64,000 nt of DNA from contig JAEOTO010000036.1 in NCBI GenBank assembly GCA_016839805.1, forward strand, positions 1 through 64,000, in the 5' to 3' direction. A model generated the notes under the pieces. The model saw only the letters and a program-made list of their open reading frames with translations, was not told the origin of the DNA and made no database searches. The position numbers and the translations under genes are program-made. This stretch comes from Candidatus Hermodarchaeota archaeon (GTDB taxonomy: Archaea; Asgardarchaeota; Hermodarchaeia; Hermodarchaeales; Hermodarchaeaceae). Positions 1 to 9,579 of this stretch are shown in pieces (the first letter of the stretch is position 1; each line of letters begins with the position of its first letter).

Positions 1-335
1 GCAGTTATTTCATCAGCTTTCAACAATTCGATGACTGCTTGTTCATCGTAGATTTCGTCGCCTCGTTCTGCTTTTCGTCGAACATCTTCTAATTGCTTCT
101 CAATATACTGAAACCGCAGCGCGAGTTTTTGTGCAGCTTTCGCGTCATATTTTCGAAGGCTTTTGAGAATCATGATTCGAATTGTTTCAATGGGTGTATC
201 TTCTTCAGAGTTTTTCACAACTTCAATGGCGACTTCATCAGCGATACCAGATGAGAGCCCTATCTCTATAAGTAAGTCCATTATTTGAAGTTTGAACGGC
301 TTGCGTTTCTTTTCTACCCTGGACACTTCAGACAT
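1..335 (-). CDS. Partial CDS (runs off window start) with an N-terminal ATP-cone-like domain
   Basis: Not in ORF track. Manual translation from ATG at 335 (AGGAG directly upstream) stays open to the window edge: MSEVSRVEKKRKPFKLQIMDLLIEIGLSSGIADEVAIEVVKNSEEDTPIETIRIMILKSLRKYDAKAAQKL... The helical pattern resembles an ATP-cone. Confidence 0.6.
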   Translation of the reverse strand, partial: MSEVSRVEKKRKPFKLQIMDLLIEIGLSSGIADEVAIEVVKNSEEDTPIETIRIMILKSLRKYDAKAAQKLALRFQYIEKQLEDVRRKAERGDEIYDEQAVIELLKADEIT

Positions 336-753
336 CTCCTAATCAAATATTCATCAAGTATTGAACACCAATGCTTCTTAACATCATTCCCAAATACTAG
401 ATTGTGAAAACCTATATGCAAATATCATATATGGTTTGTCATTTGCCAGAATGCGATATGGTTGGTTTGTGTTTAAGATCCATAGATTTAGAGTATCATC
501 GCCTTGGGTTTCCCTCATTTGATATATCCTCCGTGATTATAAAAAAGTTCCAGAATAAAAAGCCTTGGAAGCAATTCTCTTTTATTAAATATCTATTTTT
601 TTGGGCTGCTCAATTAAGCTACACCTCAAAAAATAAAATCTAAAGTAATTTGAAGAAGGAAATCAGGTTAAGAAGAATCATAAAACTCCTTTGTGTCCAA
701 ACTCGAATTGACAAATTTGGCTATCCTCATATCTTTTTATTGCTGGAATTGGT

Positions 754-1314
754 GTGAATAATCAGGTGATAGGATTGGATGAGGGAATTCCAGTTTTTGA
801 TGCTTCCACTTACAGATGGGATATTCTAAGGGTTCGACGCTTGATTTTTAATTTAATCTGGACTCCTATTGCTATTGTTTTAATGTGGCTTTTTTTAACA
901 ACGCCATGGATATTTTTTTTAGTCAGTTTACCAGGGCTGGTTAGTTTCTCTGTCGGTTTAATGCTAAGTGTAGTAGTACAGGTGCATCATGAATTAGGTT
1001 GGTCATCGAGGCTTCTTGCGAAAATTCCTTATCGTGAAAAGATAAGAAGAATTCGATGGTGGCACTTGATAATTATGATACCTCTAGGAATACTTTTCAC
1101 ATTCGTAATTAATTTTGGAATTCAGTGGCTTCATTTATTCTCTCCAATAGGACTTTGGATATTATTCATCTTATCCGCCGGCTTTGTAATTTTCATCTTA
1201 GGCGCCCTTATTGTTGGGTTCTGGCCGCTCTTGTTCACTCAACTATATTGGGAGCGCAAAGAGGGGAAAATTATCGTGAAACATGGTAATTACTGGGTTG
1301 GAAAAGGCGCTTAG
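754..1314 (+). CDS. Hypothetical membrane protein (~4 TM)
   Basis: 186-aa ORF with four hydrophobic segments; no family motif recognised. Confidence 0.7.
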   Translation: MNNQVIGLDEGIPVFDASTYRWDILRVRRLIFNLIWTPIAIVLMWLFLTTPWIFFLVSLPGLVSFSVGLMLSVVVQVHHELGWSSRLLAKIPYREKIRRIRWWHLIIMIPLGILFTFVINFGIQWLHLFSPIGLWILFILSAGFVIFILGALIVGFWPLLFTQLYWERKEGKIIVKHGNYWVGKGA

Positions 1315-1401
1315 GGTGATTTTCTAATAATTCGTTTATAACATCAGAACTTACAGGATGAAGAACTTGACGAATTTGGTAATCCTAATATCTTTTGGCG
1401 A

Positions 1402-2544
1402 CTATTCGATTGATAGTTCGTCTTCTTTTAGGAGGAAATCGTTGAGTTTGTCTCGGGCTTTCTCGCGGCGTTTCTGGTGGTCTGTTAAGAACTTGGTGGC
1501 TAAATCGATGCAAATGTTTTTACATTCTCCACAGAGCATCTCGCCACTTCGGCATCGTTGTTCCAATGCATCTAACTTGTCTTGTTGTGGGATAAACACT
1601 AGTTGGTAATTGGGAAAGATGGAACAGATTTCAGGTTGGCCACCCAGTTTCCGTTGTTCAGCGGCGTTCCCTCGTCCTCCCGTAAAGGCGTTTTGAAGCT
1701 TCTTTTTAATGACCTCCGGTGGATCCACTGTAAAGAGAGCTGAGTCGGGATCTGACGCAGACATTTTTCCACCTTGCTGTAATCCAGGGAGAAATCTCGA
1801 GTGCAAAATTCCGGGTTTGAGGTATCCGAGTTTTGGTAAGACATCTCGGGCCACTCGGAAGTGGGCGTCTTGGTCGATAGCTAAGGGAATCACACAAGGC
1901 ACGTTGCGACCTACTCGGACGGAGTGAAGGAACGCTGGTACGGCTTGAAAACTTGTAAAGAAAATCGAACCGATGTTATTAGAATTGGTGAAACCAAATA
2001 CAGCTTTGGCTGTAGAGAAGGTGATCCGTTTTGCCACGTGAATGGCTAATGGATAAATCGTTCTCGCATGATAAGAATCCATAATGAGATGTGTTTTCTT
2101 TGGATCAAAGCCTGTAGCAATGAGATCCAGTGCATTTTCTTTGGCATAGAACCTGGCTTGGTCTAGCTCGAGTTCGAATTTGAAGAGGAATTTTTCGTCG
2201 TCGGTAAGTTGGAGGTAGTAAGGGCATTTGAATTTATCTTGCATCCATTTTGTGAAGATGAATTGGGTGAGGTGTCCAATGTGGGTATGTCCACTGGGCC
2301 CTCGACCATTGTATAGGTAGAAGGGATTGCCTTTCTCATATTCATCGAAGACAAAGTTCATGTCACGGTGACTAAAGTAGATGCCCCGTTGCAGGAGATA
2401 ATGGAGCTCGCCAGCATGTTTTTCAATCCGGGCGAGGAGCTTAGCATCAATGAGCTCGGTGCCAAACTGTTTCACCAACTTGGCATAATCCACGTCTCCC
2501 TTGACTTCCCATGGGGTTACGACAAATTCTTCATCACTGGGCAA
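1402..2544 (-). CDS. trpS: Tryptophan--tRNA ligase (archaeal/eukaryotic type)
   Basis: N-terminal VTPW, GRGPS, HIGH, AIDQD and KMSAS motifs, CGECK near the C-terminus. Confidence 0.97.
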   Translation of the reverse strand: MPSDEEFVVTPWEVKGDVDYAKLVKQFGTELIDAKLLARIEKHAGELHYLLQRGIYFSHRDMNFVFDEYEKGNPFYLYNGRGPSGHTHIGHLTQFIFTKWMQDKFKCPYYLQLTDDEKFLFKFELELDQARFYAKENALDLIATGFDPKKTHLIMDSYHARTIYPLAIHVAKRITFSTAKAVFGFTNSNNIGSIFFTSFQAVPAFLHSVRVGRNVPCVIPLAIDQDAHFRVARDVLPKLGYLKPGILHSRFLPGLQQGGKMSASDPDSALFTVDPPEVIKKKLQNAFTGGRGNAAEQRKLGGQPEICSIFPNYQLVFIPQQDKLDALEQRCRSGEMLCGECKNICIDLATKFLTDHQKRREKARDKLNDFLLKEDELSIE

Positions 2545-2893
2545 AATGTATCACATCTCCTTTTTGGATTAATTCAACGACAGACGTTCTCTTCTTACCT
2601 AAGCTCTGATAATAGTTAGCCATTGAAAAAGCTAGGTATTCAAAAGCTGTTACGGTAGCAAAGCTAGCTAGGCGGAGAGAAGAGAATAGATTACGGATAG
2701 AGCCAAAAACAATCGCCTATCATCATACACTACCACCGGCAACCTCTTCAAATCCTCTATTTAAATTGTTTCATTCTCAATGGACTGACTGCAGTTGCTG
2801 GGTAAATGAAAAATTAACCTTTTAAGGATGGCTTTAGAAGTGCAACAGGGAGGGACCCAACCTTTCCCTTTTCTTATTCATGGAGGCTTCTCT

Positions 2894-3976
2894 TTGGATT
2901 ATGAATCTGAAAAACCGAAATCTGAATATGTACCCATGGATTTTGGGACCGTTCTCAGTAACTCGTTAAGTTACTGGATGAAGAATCTCAAATCATTCTG
3001 GATTCTCTATTTCGCCCTTCACATCGGCTTCATTACCGTTGGATATGGAATTCTCTTCCTTTCAGGCTCAAATTATATCGTTGCCGAAATTGCCGCCCTG
3101 CTAGGCGTAATATTCCCTGACTGGTTGATTGCCGTTATCTTTCCTAATACCGTGACAATCATCCTCATAATAATCATAGTTGTAATCGTCATCATCAATA
3201 TCATCATCCAAACACTTCTAGCAGGCATGGTTGTTCAGCATACTGCTGACCACCATTTGAAACGCTCTCCAATTCTCAGTGAAAGTCTTTCGGTCTCCCG
3301 CTCCCAAATCTGGTCCTTAATTGGTGCACAAATACTCATCATTGTAATTACTCTCGGAATCACTTTCGGGAGTATCGGTCTTACGGCGCTTGCCTTCGCT
3401 GGCACCTTCTTCCTCTTCCCTATCAATCCATTTGCTATCCTTGTGGTGGGAATTGGAGTACTTGCAGGGGTGGTCTTGATGATGATTCTTTTGATCTATA
3501 TAATGACCCGGTTTGCCGTTGTGATACCCTCGATCATATTGGGGAAATTTAGTGCCGTAGAAAGTATTAGACATAGTTGGCGTTTAGTTAATGGGAATTG
3601 GTGGCGTACCTTTGGAGTCTCATTCATTATCGGTCTCCTTTCCTCTGCCCTTGGAATGCCACTTACCATCGGTTCGATGATCCTGACATTCGGCTTCGTA
3701 TTCCCATCTATTACCCTGCTAGCCATCTCTATTATCGTCATCGTAGGCGCTGTCATGACGGGAATCACAGCTCCCTTAGGAAACACTACTACCACCATGA
3801 TCTATCACGACCTCATGGGTCGCCAATCAATGGAATATCGACCTCTCAAACCTAAACCGTATCTAGCTGAAACTGGACGGGTTCACCAACACAATGTCTG
3901 TCCTGTCTGCAAAGCACCAGTGTCTGCAAGTGACCGATTCTGTGAAAAATGTGGACGCAACCTAACAATCGACTAA
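2894..3976 (+). CDS. Multi-TM membrane protein (DUF7544/GDPD membrane-anchor-like) with C-terminal zinc ribbon
   Basis: Several TM helices, SIRHSWRLVNGNWWRTFG motif, C-terminal CPVC...FCEKCG. Start moved to TTG 2894 after GGAGG; the track start is 2828. Confidence 0.75.
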   Translation: MDYESEKPKSEYVPMDFGTVLSNSLSYWMKNLKSFWILYFALHIGFITVGYGILFLSGSNYIVAEIAALLGVIFPDWLIAVIFPNTVTIILIIIIVVIVIINIIIQTLLAGMVVQHTADHHLKRSPILSESLSVSRSQIWSLIGAQILIIVITLGITFGSIGLTALAFAGTFFLFPINPFAILVVGIGVLAGVVLMMILLIYIMTRFAVVIPSIILGKFSAVESIRHSWRLVNGNWWRTFGVSFIIGLLSSALGMPLTIGSMILTFGFVFPSITLLAISIIVIVGAVMTGITAPLGNTTTTMIYHDLMGRQSMEYRPLKPKPYLAETGRVHQHNVCPVCKAPVSASDRFCEKCGRNLTID

Positions 3977-3990
3977 CATTCAAGTGAGTA

Positions 3991-4008
3991 AGAAAAAAGG
4001 TTTAAATC
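3991..4008 (+). promoter_or_regulatory. BRE/TATA promoter of tRNA-Trp
   Basis: AGAAAAAAGG-TTTAAAT about 35-40 nt upstream of the mature tRNA 5' end. Confidence 0.6.
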
Positions 4009-4040
4009 CCACATTACAAACCTTACGCCAGTTTGTCACA

Positions 4041-4185
4041 GGGGTCATGGCCTAACCAGGTATGGCAACGGGCTCCAGAAGTAGCAACCAGACAAACAAA
4101 CTGACCGGACATCCGGGATGACGATGTTCTGGAGCGACCTGGTGATACCCGTAGGTTCTGGGTTCAAATCCCAGTGACCCCACCA
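4041..4185 (+). tRNA. trnW: tRNA-Trp(CCA) with a 68-nt intron at 37/38 (intron 4079-4146) and encoded 3' CCA
   Basis: Acceptor stem GGGGTCA(4041-47)/TGACCCC(4175-81) + ACCA. Anticodon stem ACGGG(4068-72)/CCCGT(4148-52), anticodon CCA 4075-77. T-arm CTGGG-TTCAAAT-CCCAG. BHB-like junction. Confidence 0.93.
4079..4146 (+). ncRNA. Intron-encoded box C/D-like guide RNA (partly degenerate)
   Basis: D' box CTGA (4101-04), hairpin CCGGA-CA-TCCGG, C'-like GATGA (4117-21), then TTCTGGAGC (4127-35) complementary to 4072-4080 across the anticodon. Same layout as known archaeal pre-tRNA-Trp intron guides. Confidence 0.6.
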
Positions 4186-4339
4186 CCTCCTCTTTTTCAC
4201 TCCAGATACTTATTCGTTACAACTTTGGTTTGTTAATTCTTTGAATGGTTTGGTAACATAGAACCAATATGGGTTCCCTAGCAACTTTTAGGCTTAGACA
4301 TCTAAATGGCGGCTTGTTAACACGATAAATAGAGGTGTA

Positions 4340-5275
4340 GTGTTAATGCAATTCTTTGATCCTCAGATCATAATCCAGCTCCAATCTATTCTTCCTTACG
4401 TTGCCTGGGAAATCTTGAACCTGTTCGGTGAACAGATTATCTACGTCATGCTACTCGGTGTCGCTTATTGGTGCTTGAGTAAGGAAGAGGGAAACATCGC
4501 CGTCATGCTCGTAATGTTTTCTAGTTTCATCAACATCCTCATCAAGTACGCGTTTGGGATGCCCCGCCCACCACCCGAGCTTCGTCACAATCCGGAGTAT
4601 GCTACGGATCAATCCTATGGCTTTCCTAGTGGTGCAGCGCAGACAGCCACTACGTTCTGGGGCTGGGCTCTGCTTCGTCTCAAACGGTGGTGGCTAGTTA
4701 TCGTTGGCATACTCTTCATCACCATAACCGCTCTTGCTCGGATGGGCCTTGGTTTGCATTTTCTTGGTGATGTGATGGGTGGGATTATCGTTGGTGTGAT
4801 CATTGTGGTCTGGGCATACTTCCTTGTCCCTTACTTCTTACCACGGTGGAAACGAGCACCTCATTATTTCCAGAACTGGTTTCTTCCAATCGTTGCACTA
4901 ATCTTCTTCTTCATCTATTTCATTGCGTACGCTTTCGGGTTACCTTATTTTCCATCCGAAAATATTGCCGTCTCTATGGGCGTTGTGGTTGGATTTAGTG
5001 TCGGTATTGGCTTAGAAAAGCAATATGTGGAGTTCTCTATGGCGGTGTCAAAAAATACCAAGGTAGTGCGTGCAATTATGGGAATCATTATCGCCCTTGT
5101 GCTCTACTATGCTTTAGCAGCCGTCTTCGCCTTGATTCCCGCCATTCCCCTTCTAGAATATTCAACTCGGTTCATTCGATACAGTCTTGTTGGTTTCTTT
5201 GGAGCCTTTGTCATTCCCTTCCTCTTCAACTATATTGAGAAACGAAATGAAGTAACTACAAAGACATCAGAATGA
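4340..5275 (+). CDS. PAP2-family membrane phosphatase
   Basis: KxxxxxxRP, FPSG(A), and ARMGLGLHFLGDV motifs; multi-TM. The usual PSGH His is Ala here. Confidence 0.85.
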   Translation: MLMQFFDPQIIIQLQSILPYVAWEILNLFGEQIIYVMLLGVAYWCLSKEEGNIAVMLVMFSSFINILIKYAFGMPRPPPELRHNPEYATDQSYGFPSGAAQTATTFWGWALLRLKRWWLVIVGILFITITALARMGLGLHFLGDVMGGIIVGVIIVVWAYFLVPYFLPRWKRAPHYFQNWFLPIVALIFFFIYFIAYAFGLPYFPSENIAVSMGVVVGFSVGIGLEKQYVEFSMAVSKNTKVVRAIMGIIIALVLYYALAAVFALIPAIPLLEYSTRFIRYSLVGFFGAFVIPFLFNYIEKRNEVTTKTSE

Positions 5276-5312
5276 CTATATCAAGTCGATGAAAAAGCAA
5301 ACATGCTCACTG

Positions 5313-5846
5313 CTAACGGACCTTTATCTTTGTGTCTAAAACGATTTCCTCAAAGAACTCCTGTTTAGCCCGACAAATCGGACAAACATGCGGAGGTTCC
5401 TCGCGGAACGTAACATAACCACAGACTTTACAATAGAAGAATTTACGATTTGTATCCCTAGCAGCTCCTTTCGTATCAGGGGCTTCTTTCTTTTCAGGAA
5501 CCTCTCCAGACGCGCGATTGATTTTTTCTTGGGGACGGCGCTCAGGAATCGGTTCAATAGGTTTAGCACCCTCTGCGACATCTTTGCGGACATAAAGGGC
5601 GCAATAGCACATACCAAATTCTTCAACGTCAGGATCTCGATAATCACAGGGACAAATAATATCGCGGTCCCAATCAAAATTTCCGGAGGCTAGACGACAT
5701 GGACACGAGGGGTAGCCATAACGTTCCTCGTTTTCTTTGAGTCCTTCAAGAAGGTTTTGGAGGAAATCGGGATCTGGAGTTAGAAAATATCCATGGGCTT
5801 TTGCATCCATTTCTGCCCGGCGCTTTACATTCTCTAATGTTATCAT
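5313..5846 (-). CDS. Ferredoxin:thioredoxin/disulfide reductase catalytic subunit with C-terminal rubredoxin-like domain
   Basis: CPC...CPC...CYC FTR motif; C-terminal CKVCGY...CPIC. Confidence 0.9.
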   Translation of the reverse strand: MITLENVKRRAEMDAKAHGYFLTPDPDFLQNLLEGLKENEERYGYPSCPCRLASGNFDWDRDIICPCDYRDPDVEEFGMCYCALYVRKDVAEGAKPIEPIPERRPQEKINRASGEVPEKKEAPDTKGAARDTNRKFFYCKVCGYVTFREEPPHVCPICRAKQEFFEEIVLDTKIKVR

Positions 5847-6127
5847 ATTCCCAACGCCTTAGATATATTATCTTTCTTAAAACCAGTAATCAAGATTTTC
5901 TCATCAACGATAACGGTGGGAAATGCTAAGCGACCACCACGTTTTTTGATGTCCTTATTAACAAGGTCTCGGTCCTCGTTATTCAGTTTATCAACATCAA
6001 CATATTCGTATTCAATGCCCTTATCTTTCAGAAAGGCCTTTGTCATTTTACACCAGCCACACGTGCTAAGGGCATAGAGGAGGACTTGGTGGTCTTTTTT
6101 AGTACCTTCGACTGTTATGCGGTCCAT
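5843..6127 (-). CDS. Glutaredoxin/NrdH-like protein
   Basis: CGWC active site, FPT cis-Pro motif; 4-nt overlap with the FTR gene. Confidence 0.9.
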   Translation of the reverse strand: MDRITVEGTKKDHQVLLYALSTCGWCKMTKAFLKDKGIEYEYVDVDKLNNEDRDLVNKDIKKRGGRLAFPTVIVDEKILITGFKKDNISKALGI

Positions 6128-6298
6128 GTTTTGATGTCCCTCCGCACCCTCTCGCTTCTGGACTTTAAAAGAGTTATCAAGTTACCTATACCTAACTAGA
6201 TACTCGTCGTGTTGCTTGCTAGCAAACTCGATATATTGAAAAACAAAGGACCAGCACTAGGCAGGTATTCGTTGGATTGTAATGGAGTGTTTTTTGGT

Positions 6299-7681
6299 AT
6301 GAAGTTTGAGCTCATCAGTGCTCCTGGAATCGCTCATAATAGTTATTTCTTCGCTGATAAAGGTGAAGCTTTCGTTGTCGACCCACGTCGGGATGCGAAT
6401 ATCTATCTTGAAATGGCGAAGGGCGTTTGTGCAAATATTCTCTATATTTTCGAAACCCATCGCAATGAAGACTATGTCATCGGTTCTTTAGAACTCCAAA
6501 ATCTCACCGGTGCTGAAATCATACATAGCCGCCAAACTTCCTTCAAATACGGAGAGCACAACGTGAAAGATGGTGATACCTTTAATATCAGCCGATTCCG
6601 CGTTGAAACTCTTTATACCCCAGGACATACCGATGATAGCATCTGTTATAGTGTCACGGATACTGCGAGTAGTAAACGACCTTTTCTGGTCTTCACAGGT
6701 GATACCCTGTTCGTTGGAGATATTGGTCGAACTGATCTTCCTGGACTTGACATCTGGGAAAAAATGACTGAGAAACAGTATCATAGCTTACACGAGAAGC
6801 TTCTACCTCTGGGTGATGATGTCCTTATTTATCCGGCACATGGTGCGGGATCAATTTGTGGACACAAACTAAGTGATCGTGATTTTAGCACCATTGGATA
6901 TGAACGAACTCATAATCCAGTGTTGCAACTCGAGAAAGAAGCTTTCATCGAGTATGTGCTAAATATCAAGTTGCGTCGTCCACCCTATTTTCGAATAATG
7001 GAGGAATATAATTTAGTTGGACCCCCTCTTCTACATGATGCACCTGTTCCTGTGGCTTTGACAGTTGCTCAATTTGAGAAGGCCAGGGAGGAATCTAATA
7101 CTATTGTTGTGGACACACGTAATCCCGATGCTTATGCTTCTTCTCATCTGCCAGACTCATTAAGCATATCGCTTCGAGGGTTGTCCTTCTATCCTGGATG
7201 GGTATTGACCCACGACCAACAGATTCTCCTCATTTTGGAAAGACCCGATGATATAGAAACGGTGAAACCTTTTCTCTGGCGGCTCGGGTATGATGATATC
7301 ATAGGATATCTATGTCCAGGGATTGATGCTTGGCGAAACCAAGGAAAACCCATTACACAATTTGGTACCATCACCGCAACTCAATTGAAAGAAAAACTGG
7401 AAAAGAATGAGTTAGCACTAATAGACGTTCGTTCAACTGCAGAATGTGAAACCGGTTTCGTAGAGAATTCAACATACATCTATGTTGGAGAACTTGCAGA
7501 ACACCTAGATAGGATTCCAAAGAATAAACCGCTTGCTACAGCCTGTGCAACAGGATTGCGTGGGAGCCTCGCGGCGAGTATTCTTCGAAGACATGGTTTT
7601 ACTGATGTTAGCAATGTATTAGGTGGACTTGAAGCGTGGCATACTTTGGGTTATCCAATGGTGCCAGAATGCCCCGTATAA
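6299..7681 (+). CDS. MBL-fold hydrolase (persulfide dioxygenase-like) with two rhodanese domains
   Basis: ETHRNED, TPGHT, FTGDTLF, PAHGAGS motifs; C-terminal rhodanese CATGLRG. ATG 6299 preferred over track start 6209. Confidence 0.9.
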   Translation: MKFELISAPGIAHNSYFFADKGEAFVVDPRRDANIYLEMAKGVCANILYIFETHRNEDYVIGSLELQNLTGAEIIHSRQTSFKYGEHNVKDGDTFNISRFRVETLYTPGHTDDSICYSVTDTASSKRPFLVFTGDTLFVGDIGRTDLPGLDIWEKMTEKQYHSLHEKLLPLGDDVLIYPAHGAGSICGHKLSDRDFSTIGYERTHNPVLQLEKEAFIEYVLNIKLRRPPYFRIMEEYNLVGPPLLHDAPVPVALTVAQFEKAREESNTIVVDTRNPDAYASSHLPDSLSISLRGLSFYPGWVLTHDQQILLILERPDDIETVKPFLWRLGYDDIIGYLCPGIDAWRNQGKPITQFGTITATQLKEKLEKNELALIDVRSTAECETGFVENSTYIYVGELAEHLDRIPKNKPLATACATGLRGSLAASILRRHGFTDVSNVLGGLEAWHTLGYPMVPECPV

Positions 7682-7723
7682 TTTGGGACCAGTGATATAT
7701 TGGTAGTTATCCTCAAAACAACC

Positions 7724-9397
7724 TTAAGAAATGAAATAGGCCCAAAAGAAGGCTAGAATCGCTACAGCGATAGTCACTATTAGGGCGATGGGAACAGCAT
7801 AACGAAGGACACGCCCTTCGATGCCTGATTCGTCGATAACTGCAGCGGCATTTTGAAGCTTTGCTGGTGAAAGAACACTGGCGAGACCACCTCCAATTCC
7901 ACTACTCGCTCCTACGACCAGGGGGTGGGCACCAATGATGGTGGAAGTTGTTTGATGGTAGGACTGGAACATCGCAATAGTTGAGGTTTCACTCCCACTT
8001 ACAAAACCTCCTAATAATCCTAAGAATGCGGCTGTAAGGGGATAAAGTGGCCCAAAGGTTGATGCAGTGACCACTGAGAGAACAAAAATCATATTCCACG
8101 GGTTATGAATTTGCCATGAGCCATCGCCAGCAATGTAACTCCCCGAAAAAATCATGACATATGCTAGCGCAAAGAAAATGGTTGCTGAAATAAAGGGGCG
8201 CCAAGTACGACGTAACCAGGTTTTTGCAGCATCTTGGACCTGCAAAGAAAATTCAGGAATTCGTTTCTGACGTTGTGCAAGAATTGCATCAATGCTAATG
8301 GCAAGGAGTGAAGCGATAAGAACCCAGAAATACGCATTCCAAAGGAATCGTGTTCGAATGGTGATTCGACCAATAACTATGGGAAAAGTCAGAATATTGA
8401 AGAAAAGGTCATAGATTGGTGGGATGAGATTGACAAAGAAGCAAAAGAAAATGAGGATGAGCCAGGGGCTCATTGCTCGGATTAGTCCCATAGATTGTAG
8501 GACAGGTTGGTCTTCTTCGGTGAGAACTGTTTTGTCAACCAGTCGAAGACCGCGAACTTTTGAATAGGTTAGCATTACTCCAATCACAGCGAGCCCGGCA
8601 AAAATATTGGTAAGTGGGGTCAAACCAACCCATGGAAGATTACAGAGGTAACAGATGAAGCCTGCAGTCAAACCGGTTACACATGCTAAAACAAGGGCTT
8701 CCTTGTTGAATAGGAGTTTTCGACCTCCCGCGATCCATAGCATAGCAAGGGCTATACCTGTTGCAACCACTGGCATGAAAAGCGAAAAGACATGACCAGA
8801 CATGTAGAGGGGATCAGCACCTGGATATTGGCTTGCCCAATAGGTGGGATCTGCAGTGTTGACACTATCTGCAAAGACGAGAACAGGAATCCCCAAGAGG
8901 GCATATGTTGTCAGTGGATCATAGCCAATGGCTGGTAACATAACCGCGACTAATGGGGAAAATCCCATGGCTAACATAACGGGTGGAAGCATACTAACTG
9001 GAGTAGCTCCCAATCCCACCAAAAATAAACCAAGTCCCACATTGATTAACATAATCTGGATCGCTTTATTTCCCGATCCCAAGGTTTTGAAGAACACCGT
9101 AATGCGAGCCAGAGCTCCGGTTCGAATCATATACGTAATCATAAGAATCGATGTGACAACCATCAAGGAAATGGGAAATGAGGCAATGATGCCGCTAATA
9201 CTGGCTAAAACTGCAAGGAAGGGATGAGTGCCAAAAAAGAGACTCGCGATAATGAATCCAAACGCAAAGGCCACAATCCCCGTTTTGTCCGCAGACCATC
9301 GACGGAATGCCAGCAGATACAAGGCAACGATAATCGGTAATAAAATAAGTAGTGTTCCAAGCCAGGGGATAGCAGCAATTAGATCTGCAAAGACCAT
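7724..9397 (-). CDS. L-lactate permease (LctP family)
   Basis: Very hydrophobic 557 aa; GGFVSGSETS and SVLSPAKLQNAAA motifs. Confidence 0.8.
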   Translation of the reverse strand: MVFADLIAAIPWLGTLLILLPIIVALYLLAFRRWSADKTGIVAFAFGFIIASLFFGTHPFLAVLASISGIIASFPISLMVVTSILMITYMIRTGALARITVFFKTLGSGNKAIQIMLINVGLGLFLVGLGATPVSMLPPVMLAMGFSPLVAVMLPAIGYDPLTTYALLGIPVLVFADSVNTADPTYWASQYPGADPLYMSGHVFSLFMPVVATGIALAMLWIAGGRKLLFNKEALVLACVTGLTAGFICYLCNLPWVGLTPLTNIFAGLAVIGVMLTYSKVRGLRLVDKTVLTEEDQPVLQSMGLIRAMSPWLILIFFCFFVNLIPPIYDLFFNILTFPIVIGRITIRTRFLWNAYFWVLIASLLAISIDAILAQRQKRIPEFSLQVQDAAKTWLRRTWRPFISATIFFALAYVMIFSGSYIAGDGSWQIHNPWNMIFVLSVVTASTFGPLYPLTAAFLGLLGGFVSGSETSTIAMFQSYHQTTSTIIGAHPLVVGASSGIGGGLASVLSPAKLQNAAAVIDESGIEGRVLRYAVPIALIVTIAVAILAFFWAYFIS

Positions 9398-9579
9398 GGT
9401 CGAATTCCTCGTCTATTCGTTAGAATAGTTGTTTTCGTAACGTTTCCCCCTAAATAATTACTAGTTCTTGGCTTTTGTCTCCTTGGAGAGAACCTGTTTC
9501 TTTTCTTTCCATAAAGAACAAAAGGAGAAGGCACGCCAGTTCTTTCTGACTCTAAGATTGAGATGGAGTTCTGGTTGAC

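Noticed and set aside
404-643. 79-aa ORF in an AT-rich intergenic region
   Set aside because: No RBS or motif; lies in a divergent promoter region, likely spurious.
2625-2672. Three AAAGCT repeats upstream of trpS
   Set aside because: Too short and irregularly spaced to call.
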